From contig NZ_JBHSTI010000028.1 of assembly GCF_042660085.1 (NCBI RefSeq), forward strand, positions 1-5,696: a DNA stretch of 5,696 bases, given 5' to 3'. The position numbers were made by a program, and so were the translations under genes. Source of the stretch: Longivirga aurantiaca (GTDB lineage: Bacteria; Actinomycetota; Actinomycetes; S36-B12; CAIYMF01). Shown here one piece after another: positions 1-5,480 of the stretch; position 1 is the stretch's first letter; each line of letters begins with the position of its first letter. The notes under the pieces are model-generated. The model saw nothing but the letters and a program-made list of their open reading frames with translations. It made no database searches and had not been told where the DNA came from.

Positions 1-569
1 TCTGCGAGCACACCGGGCTGCCCTGGCCGCTGGCCGGGCCCGCCGCACACATGCTCGTGCTCGAGACCGAGAGCGCGGCGCCGGGCGAGGTCGCGATGGA
101 GCTGCCCGACGACCTCGACGTCGTGGTGGCCATCGACGCCGCCGACAAGGCGCGCTTCTGGACCTACCGCGAGGCCGCCGGCGAGGCTGTGACGGCGCAG
201 CACGTCGCGCACCGCTTCGACGTGACGGTGCCCCGCCACGACTGGGACGCGTTCGTGGCCGACGCCGTCTCGCGGCTGCGCGAGGTGCCCGACGTCTCGC
301 ACGTGTACGCGTTCGGGCACCTGTACGACGGCAACCTGCACGTCGAGGTGATCGGCCCCGACGCGGATGACGAGCGCGCCGACGCCGTCGTGCTGCAGTG
401 CGTGGCCGATCATGGCGGCTCGATCTCGGCCGAGCACGGCGTGGGGCGCGCGAAGGCGGCGTACCTCCACCTGTCCCGAACGTCGGCCGAGCTCGCGCTG
501 ATGCGCTCGGTCAAGGACGCCGTCGACCCGCACGGGCTGTTCAACCCCGGAGCCCTGTTCGCCGGCTGA
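1..569 (+). CDS. FAD-linked oxidase, C-terminal part (GlcD / D-lactate / 2-hydroxyacid dehydrogenase-like); 5' truncated by the window edge
   Basis: Frame 3 is open from position 3 to TGA at 567-569. It contains FGHLYDGNLHVEV and SAEHGVGRAKAAYLHLSRTSAELALMRSVKDAVDPHGLFNPGALF, typical of the FAD-linked oxidase C-terminal domain (GH..DGN.H and EHG.G...K...DP.G..NPG). Confidence 0.88.
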   Translation, partial: CEHTGLPWPLAGPAAHMLVLETESAAPGEVAMELPDDLDVVVAIDAADKARFWTYREAAGEAVTAQHVAHRFDVTVPRHDWDAFVADAVSRLREVPDVSHVYAFGHLYDGNLHVEVIGPDADDERADAVVLQCVADHGGSISAEHGVGRAKAAYLHLSRTSAELALMRSVKDAVDPHGLFNPGALFAG

Positions 570-604
570 CCGCCGTACGGCGACGGCACCAAGATCACGA
601 GTTC

Positions 605-641
605 GGGTCAGATCGTGCAGTTCAACTGCCGTGATCGACCC
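605..641 (+). terminator. Possible factor-independent-like hairpin after the FAD-oxidase gene (no U-tract)
   Basis: gggtc-a-gatc-gt-gcagt-tca-actgc-cgt-gatc-gaccc: three paired blocks (5+4+5 bp) around a tca loop, 35 bp after the stop codon at 569. Confidence 0.35.
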
Positions 642-659
642 TAGGGGTGGAGAGCGCGA

Positions 660-689
660 GCTCGGTCGCGGGAGAACGAGCGACCGGGT
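660..689. repeat. Inverted repeat in the gap upstream of the GDPD gene
   Basis: cggtcgc (663-669) and gcgaccg (680-686) pair perfectly around a 10-nt loop. The stem extends by a T-G wobble, C-G and a G-T wobble to 660/689. Confidence 0.4.
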
Positions 690-751
690 GTTCATCGCGG
701 TGTGGTCGTGTCGTGGGGCGTTGGACGCCGGGCGCTGCCACGATTACCGCC

Positions 752-1717
752 GTGCACCATCCGCCTGTGCGACCCCAGGTCGTCGCGCACCGTGGCTCGA
801 GCGCCGACGCCCCCGAGCACACCCTCGACGCCTATCTCCGCGCCCTCGCCGACGGCGCCGACGCCCTCGAGTGCGACGTGCGCCTGACCGCCGACGGCCA
901 TCTCGTGTGCGTCCACGACCGCACGATCGACCGCACGAGCGACGGCCGCGGTGTCGTCTCGGTCATGACCCTCGACGAGCTCCACGACCACGACTTCGGC
1001 GCCTACCGCAAGGAGCAGGCGCCGCTGACCCGGCGCGAACGTCGGCGTCAGGCGATGCTGAGCTTCGGGCGCGACTTCGCCCCGTTCGACTCCGGCCCCT
1101 TCCTCGTCGCCGCGACCGGCACGTCGGCGGGAGTCAGCGCGGAGAAGCCCGAGGCCGGAGGTCGCGACGGCGCCGGTCCGATGCTCGAGGACGAGCCCCT
1201 CGTGATGGATGAGGCGCGGCACCGCGTGCTCACCCTCGACCGCCTCCTCGAGCTCGTGCTCGACTCCGACCGCGAGGTGGGCCTCGCGATCGAGACCAAG
1301 CACCCCACGCGCTACGCCGGCCTCGTCGAGGAGCGGGTCGCCCAGACGCTGAGGCGGTTCGGGCTCGCCCGTCCGCGGACCGAGAACGACCAGCGCATCC
1401 GGGTCATGAGCTTCAGCCAGCTGTCGGTCCGGCGCATGCGCGCGATGACCCCGGGCCTGCCGACCGTGTTCCTCATGGAGCGCGTCCCGCTCCGCTTCCG
1501 CGACGGCTCGCTCCCCTTCGGCGCACGCATCGCAGGGCCCTCGATCGACATCGTGCGGCAGTACCCGCGGTACGTCGACCGCGTTCACCGCCAGGGCAAC
1601 GCGGTGCACGTGTGGACCGTCGACGACCCCGCCGACGTCGAACTGTGCGTGCGCCTCGGCGTCGACGCGATCATCTCCAACCACCCGCGGATGGTCGCCG
1701 AGCACCTCGGCCTCTGA
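752..1717 (+). CDS. Glycerophosphodiester phosphodiesterase (GDPD family)
   Basis: VVAHRGSSADAPEHTLDAYLRALADGADALECDVRLTADGHLVCVHDRTIDRTSDGRG near the N-terminus, then LAIETKHPTRYAGLVE and the C-terminal VHVWTVDDPADVELCVRLGVDAIISNHPRMV. These are classic GDPD landmarks. Start taken as GTG 752, just before HHPPVRPQVVAHRG. The upstream extension to 647 is low-complexity and not family-like. Confidence 0.92.
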   Translation: MHHPPVRPQVVAHRGSSADAPEHTLDAYLRALADGADALECDVRLTADGHLVCVHDRTIDRTSDGRGVVSVMTLDELHDHDFGAYRKEQAPLTRRERRRQAMLSFGRDFAPFDSGPFLVAATGTSAGVSAEKPEAGGRDGAGPMLEDEPLVMDEARHRVLTLDRLLELVLDSDREVGLAIETKHPTRYAGLVEERVAQTLRRFGLARPRTENDQRIRVMSFSQLSVRRMRAMTPGLPTVFLMERVPLRFRDGSLPFGARIAGPSIDIVRQYPRYVDRVHRQGNAVHVWTVDDPADVELCVRLGVDAIISNHPRMVAEHLGL

Positions 1718-1828
1718 CCCCCGCGTCCGCCGTCCCCGAGCTCCGCCGTACGGCGCCCGGCCGACCGCGGCCGCCCGGAGCCCGGCCGTGCGCGTGCACC
1801 GCTCGGGCGCGGTGCACCCCGACTCGCA

Positions 1829-1834
1829 TAGGCT
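1829..1834 (+). promoter_or_regulatory. Putative -10 element (TAGGCT) of a leaderless promoter for the DUF5926-like gene
   Basis: TAGGCT matches the actinobacterial TANNNT -10 pattern and ends 7 nt before GTG 1842. No Shine-Dalgarno sequence lies between. No convincing -35 is visible. Confidence 0.5.
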
Positions 1835-1841
1835 CCCGGCC

Positions 1842-2804
1842 GTGGCCAAGAACAAGCGCGGTGCAGGTGCCCCCAGCTCGACCTCCGTCGGCGACGCCGA
1901 CATCCCCGTGGTCGGAGGGCGCGAGCCCTGCCCGTGCGGGAGCGGGCGCCGCTACAAGGCGTGCCACGGGCGGGCCGCCGCCACACTCGTCCGTCGCCCG
2001 TTCGAGGGGCTCGCGGGCGAGTGCGACTGGGTCGCGCTCAAGGAGATCGTGCCGAGCGCGACCGCGGCGCTGACCCTCGCCCCCGAGCAGGCGAAGGCGG
2101 CGGATGGCCGTCCCGTCACCCTCGCGACCGTCCTCCCCCTCGCCTGGCCCGCGCTCGTGCGCACCGACGGCGCCGTGTTCGTCGGCCTGCAGACCCCCAC
2201 CTCGAGCGACGACGCGAGCCGCGACATCGCCGACTCCCTCCTGCGCGCCCTCGTGAGCGAGCACGGCAGCCCCGTGCCGCCGTCGCGCCCCGGCCCCGGC
2301 CCGCGCCTGCAGGACGTGCTCATCGCGGATGCGCCGCTCGAGGTCACCGTGCACAGCGGCTTCGACTTCTGGATCGAGGGCAGCGGCGCCGAGACCACCG
2401 ACGACGTCGCCGCCTCGCTCGAGCGCGCCAACTCCTCGGTCGTCCCCACGAGGCGGCTCACGGGCGTCGAGGCGGCGTACTGGTGCCGCATCGGCCCCAA
2501 GGAGCACCTCCGCTGGGTCCTGCCGTACGACGAGGAGCCGCTGCTCGACGCGCTCGCGCGCCTGCACGTCGCCGGGGGCGACACCCTCGGCGACGGCACC
2601 CGTCTCATCGGCACCTTCCGCGCCCACGGCCTGCTCGTGCCCGTCTGGGACCTCGTGCCCGGGGCCGAGGCCGACGACGTCGAGGGGCCCGCAGCGGCGT
2701 TCGCGGCCCGGCTCACCGAGGCCCTGGCCACGACCGGCGACCTCACGACCGACGAGCGGCACGCCCGCGCCGGCCTCAGCAACCGCCAGGTGACGCTGCG
2801 CTGA
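1842..2804 (+). CDS. DUF5926-like protein with N-terminal SEC-C zinc-binding motif
   Basis: GTG start giving MAKNKRGAGAPSS..., followed by REPCPCGSGRRYKACHGR (SEC-C consensus PCPCGSG..YK.CHG), then FEGLAGECDWVALKEIVPSATAALTL. The frame is open to TGA 2802-2804. The family name is recalled from typical actinobacterial annotation. Confidence 0.8.
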   Translation: MAKNKRGAGAPSSTSVGDADIPVVGGREPCPCGSGRRYKACHGRAAATLVRRPFEGLAGECDWVALKEIVPSATAALTLAPEQAKAADGRPVTLATVLPLAWPALVRTDGAVFVGLQTPTSSDDASRDIADSLLRALVSEHGSPVPPSRPGPGPRLQDVLIADAPLEVTVHSGFDFWIEGSGAETTDDVAASLERANSSVVPTRRLTGVEAAYWCRIGPKEHLRWVLPYDEEPLLDALARLHVAGGDTLGDGTRLIGTFRAHGLLVPVWDLVPGAEADDVEGPAAAFAARLTEALATTGDLTTDERHARAGLSNRQVTLR

Positions 2805-2829
2805 CGCCGCCACCTCGGCACTGCACATC

Positions 2830-2881
2830 CGGACCTCGTGCTGATCCGCGCTCTCCACGACGCGGATCGGCACGAGGTCCG
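2830..2881. repeat. Long near-perfect inverted repeat between convergent genes, possible bidirectional terminator or REP-like element
   Basis: cggacctcgtgctgatccgcg (2830-2850) and cgcggatcggcacgaggtccg (2861-2881) form a 21-bp stem with one T-G wobble and loop ctctccacga. It extends imperfectly to about 2824-2888 with one bulge and one mismatch. Confidence 0.85.
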
Positions 2882-2934
2882 CGACGTGTCGGGAGGGGGC
2901 AGCCGGGGGGCGCGTCACCCCGGACAGAAGAAAG

Positions 2935-2976
2935 CGATCGGACGTCACCGACGGGGGATGCAGTGACGTCCGATCG
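2935..2976. repeat. Perfect 14-bp inverted repeat
   Basis: cgatcggacgtcac (2935-2948) and gtgacgtccgatcg (2963-2976) are exact reverse complements separated by the 14-nt spacer cgacgggggatgca. Confidence 0.85.
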
Positions 2977-2985
2977 GATATAAAC

Positions 2986-2998
2986 GTAAACGCTCCCA
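2986..2998. promoter_or_regulatory. Possible LacI-family operator-like sequence
   Basis: gtaaacgctccca; the reverse complement TGGGAGCGTTTAC has one half site TGGGAGCG, as in CebR-type TGGGAGCGCTCCCA, and a cre-like second half. It is centred on the CG dinucleotide. Confidence 0.35.
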
Positions 2999-3106
2999 CC
3001 GGGAAAGGGCAAGCGGTCCCCCGGGATCCCAGGGATTTCCTTTAGGTTTTCTTGAGGTAGCGCCGCTGGACGACCGGAAATGGTCTGGACCGATCTCGGC
3101 CGGCCC

Positions 3107-3742
3107 TCAGGAACGGACGAGCTCCACCAGGGTGACGACGGAGAGCAGCGCCAGGAGGCCGCCCGAGACCAGGCGGACGCGCCACAGCGGCACCCGCTGC
3201 TGCAGCCACGAACCGGCGAGCGTGCCGATGCCCGCGACCGTCGCGAGCGCGAGCCAGGCCCCCAGGAACACCGAGATCGGGAGGCCGGTGCGCGCGGCCT
3301 GGCCGGCCGTGACGAGCTGGGTGAGGTCGCCCCACTCGGCGGTGAAGATCACCGCGAACGTCGTGCCGAACGCCGCGAGCCGGGTGGACCCCGGCTTGGC
3401 CTTGGCCGCGATCTCCTCCTCCTCCGCGGCCTCCTCGGCCGCCTCCTCCTCGCGGGCCCGGAGGCCGCCGCGCACGAGGATGACCGCACCGACCGCGAAC
3501 AGGGTCGCGGTCACGCCGAGCACCAGCTTCTCCGGCAGCAGCGAGAGCAGCTGTCCGGCCACGACCGCGATCACCATCTGGATGCCGAAGGCGAGGGTGG
3601 CCCCCAGCCACACCACGAGGCGCGGGAACCGGGCGGCGAGGACGAGGGTCGCGATGAAGGACTTGTCCGGGAGCTCGGCCGGGAAGATGACGGCGAAGGT
3701 GGCGAGCAGAACTCCGAGGTCGAACCAGGACACCTGCGTCAT
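3107..3742 (-). CDS. UPF0016/GDT1 (TMEM165-like) family membrane transporter, probable divalent cation (Mn2+/Ca2+) transporter
   Basis: MTQVSWFDLGVLLATFAVIFPAELPDKSFIATLVLAARFPR and FGTTFAVIFTAEWGDLTQLVTAGQAARTG are two repeated motif blocks in hydrophobic helices, separated by an acidic linker. Start ATG 3742-3740 is preceded by GGGAGA and overlaps the upstream stop as ATGA, ending at TGA 3109-3107. The provided ORF extension to 3925 is not needed. Confidence 0.9.
   Translation of the reverse strand: MTQVSWFDLGVLLATFAVIFPAELPDKSFIATLVLAARFPRLVVWLGATLAFGIQMVIAVVAGQLLSLLPEKLVLGVTATLFAVGAVILVRGGLRAREEEAAEEAAEEEEIAAKAKPGSTRLAAFGTTFAVIFTAEWGDLTQLVTAGQAARTGLPISVFLGAWLALATVAGIGTLAGSWLQQRVPLWRVRLVSGGLLALLSVVTLVELVRS
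3410..3453. other. Low-complexity acidic linker-coding tract
   Basis: ctcctcctcctcc...gcctcctcctcgc encodes RAREEEAAEEAAEEEEIAAK between the two halves of the UPF0016 protein. Confidence 0.7.
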
Positions 3743-4869
3743 TCTCCCGGAACCGGGCGGCCGCTCCGACCGCCCGGCATCCGGTTCACCGGGCGGTACG
3801 GCGAGATCTCCGGCAGCGGAGGCGTCCGCGGACCGCTCCAGGGCGCGGGGACCGCGTCGATCCGGCGTGCGAGCTCGTACGCCGAGTGCTCGTAGTTGAC
3901 CCGCCAGCCGCGAAAGTGCGGCCACGCCTCCTCCGGCGTCCGGCTCATGAGGTAGCCGAAGTCCGACAGCATCGCGTAGGCCTCGGCGAACTGCTCGTAC
4001 GGCAGCTCGATCTCGGTGTCCGGGTCGGGGTCGTCATCGACCGGGATGCCCTCGGCCCGGGCGATGTCGTGGATCGCCACGATGCCCTGGCGCAGCGCGA
4101 CGCGCGCCGGCCCCTGCGGGTTGTGGGGGTTGCAGGCGAGCTCGAACGCCGCGGAGTCGAGCACGGCGAGCAGCGCGACGAGCCAGTTGCGGTGGGGCTG
4201 GGCCGAGCGCACGTGGATGAGCACGGGGTAGTTCGTGTGGCTCTCGGCGACGTCCGCCGCCCACCGCTCCCAGTCGCGCCACAGGGTCGCGAGCTCGCCC
4301 GAGGAGTTCACGATCGCGTGCCGGCCGACGATCTCCGGCCCCCAGTTGGGCTCGCCGCCGCGCGCGTAGAGCAGGGCGACGTCGACCTCGCGCCGGTTGT
4401 AGGCGGCGTACAGGCTCGGCAGGTAACCGATGAGGAGGCCGACCACGACCGGGCCCGTCGCCGCTGCGATGAAGTCGATGGCCGTGAGCTGACCGCGGTC
4501 GGTGCTCGCGAAGCCCAGCGTGAACAGGCTCGACCCCGCTTCGCGGAACGACGCCGCCCAGTCCAGCGGCGAGAACGAGAAGAGCAGGAACGTGAAGCCC
4601 ACGAACAGCAGCCCGAGCCAGGTGGCCAGCGTGATGATGAGCGAGGTCGGTGCGGCGTACGCCAGCACCGCGTCGCGGGCGGCGTACGTCGTGGTGCGGT
4701 GCGCCACGAACCGGTAGGCGCCGAGCGTGGCGCGCAGCACCGAGGCCGACAGCTTGCTGCGGACGCCGCGGGGCACGACCAGGGTGCGCAGGATCGAGGA
4801 CCCGACGGCCAGCACGATGGCGAGGCCCACGAGGAAGCACAGGATCGAGACGGGCAGCGAGGTCGTCAC
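3739..4869 (-). CDS. Actinobacterial multi-pass membrane protein with ion-channel-like pore segment and C-terminal soluble domain
   Basis: Hydrophobic segments LPVSILCFLVGLAIVLAVGSSIL and SLIITLATWLGLLFVGFTFLLF precede SFREAGSSLFTLGFASTDRG and TGPVVVGLLIGYLPSLYAAYNRREVDVALL, then a ~200-aa soluble region. The likely start is GTG 4869-4867 (VTTSLPVSIL). The ORF could also begin at 4944, but that extension is Arg/Pro-rich and lies in the divergent promoter region. Confidence 0.8.
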   Translation of the reverse strand: MTTSLPVSILCFLVGLAIVLAVGSSILRTLVVPRGVRSKLSASVLRATLGAYRFVAHRTTTYAARDAVLAYAAPTSLIITLATWLGLLFVGFTFLLFSFSPLDWAASFREAGSSLFTLGFASTDRGQLTAIDFIAAATGPVVVGLLIGYLPSLYAAYNRREVDVALLYARGGEPNWGPEIVGRHAIVNSSGELATLWRDWERWAADVAESHTNYPVLIHVRSAQPHRNWLVALLAVLDSAAFELACNPHNPQGPARVALRQGIVAIHDIARAEGIPVDDDPDPDTEIELPYEQFAEAYAMLSDFGYLMSRTPEEAWPHFRGWRVNYEHSAYELARRIDAVPAPWSGPRTPPLPEISPYRPVNRMPGGRSGRPVPGE

Positions 4870-4955
4870 CCGACCGCACCCCGACCCTGCCTCAGTGCCA
4901 CGTGCCGACAGTACGCGCCGTCGACGCGGTGGACCGGGCACCACGTCGGCGCCGA

Positions 4956-4961
4956 TACCCT
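4956..4961 (+). promoter_or_regulatory. Putative -10 element (TACCCT) of a leaderless promoter for the DUF4446-like gene
   Basis: gaTACCCTtgcgctGTG: TANNNT-type hexamer 6 nt before the GTG start at 4968, with no Shine-Dalgarno sequence. A canonical -35 is not evident. Confidence 0.5.
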
Positions 4962-4967
4962 TGCGCT

Positions 4968-5462
4968 GTGTCCCTCGACCCCACCGCCCGCGACATCCTG
5001 GTCATCGTCTCGCTCGTCGTGGGGGTCCTCGGCTTCGTCGTGGCGCTCGTGGCGTTCCTGTGGATCCGCAAGGCCCGGCGCGATCTCGCGCTCCTCGCGG
5101 CCGACGGCGACAACGACTCCTTCATCGGCGCTGTCGCGCGCAAGACCGAGGAGGTCCAGGCCCTGCGCAGCGAGGTCGACGACCTGGCCGCGCTCCTCGC
5201 CCAGACCCGCACCGAGCTGTCGGACGCGATCCGGCACGTCAGCGTCGTGCGCTACGACGCCTTCGGCGACATGGGTGGGCGGCTGTCGTTCTCGGCGGCG
5301 ATGCTCGACGACGGCGGCGACGGCCTCGTGCTCACCTCGATCCACGGCCGGTCCGAGACCCGCTCGTACATCAAGGGCGTGAAGTCGGGGCAGAGCGAGG
5401 CCTCGCTGTCGCCCGAGGAGCTGCAGGCGATCAGCTTCGCCCTGCGCGGCCGCTCGGCCTGA
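4968..5462 (+). CDS. DUF4446-like protein, single N-terminal transmembrane helix followed by a coiled-coil segment
   Basis: MSLDPTARDILVIVSLVVGVLGFVVALVAFLWIRKARRDL..., then heptad-like KTEEVQALRSEVDDLAALLAQTRTELSDAI and VSVVRYDAFGDMGGRLSFSAAMLDDGGDGLVLTSIHGRSETRSYIKGVKSGQSEASLSPEELQAI, characteristic of DUF4446. TGA is at 5460-5462. Confidence 0.85.
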   Translation: MSLDPTARDILVIVSLVVGVLGFVVALVAFLWIRKARRDLALLAADGDNDSFIGAVARKTEEVQALRSEVDDLAALLAQTRTELSDAIRHVSVVRYDAFGDMGGRLSFSAAMLDDGGDGLVLTSIHGRSETRSYIKGVKSGQSEASLSPEELQAISFALRGRSA

Positions 5463-5480
5463 TCGGGCGCAGGAGCTCTC

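Noticed and set aside
692-1903. 403-aa ORF on the minus strand opposite the GDPD gene
   Set aside because: Composition is typical GC-rich shadow coding (many H/R/G/A runs) with no family motifs. The opposite strand encodes a clear GDPD protein.
2890-2921. G-rich stretch gggagggggcagccggggggcg considered as a G-quadruplex
   Set aside because: Only three separated runs of three or more G are present, so a canonical four-tract quadruplex is not supported.
1934-2983. 349-aa plus-strand ORF overlapping the DUF5926-like gene
   Set aside because: Frame-shifted reading with Arg/Pro-rich low-complexity protein, overlapping a well-supported CDS.
1671-2999. 442-aa ORF on the minus strand opposite the DUF5926-like gene
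   Set aside because: Shadow ORF with repetitive G/R/E/A composition and no motifs. The plus strand has the SEC-C protein.
3042-3611. Minus-strand ORF ending in PVVQRRYLKKT, considered as a sugar ABC-transporter permease remnant
   Set aside because: Only a few residues resemble a permease C-terminus and the rest is a shadow of UPF0016. Insufficient evidence for a pseudogene.
3080-3899. Plus-strand ORFs (271 aa and 255 aa) antisense to UPF0016
   Set aside because: Both look like shadow translations (D/R/G/E-rich and S/T/A-rich). The minus strand has strong membrane-protein motifs and a coupled start.
4034-4879. 281-aa minus-strand ORF in a second frame of the channel-like gene
   Set aside because: Arg/Ala/Gly-rich alternate-frame product. 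The other minus frame has coherent transmembrane helices.
4889-4910. E-box-like palindrome cacgtg with flanking gc in the divergent promoter region
   Set aside because: The six-base core is short and frequent in GC-rich DNA. The flanks are not symmetric enough to call an operator.
3886-5382. 498-aa plus-strand ORF across the channel-like gene
   Set aside because: Low-complexity R/G/E/H composition. It spans a divergent promoter region and part of a different true gene.
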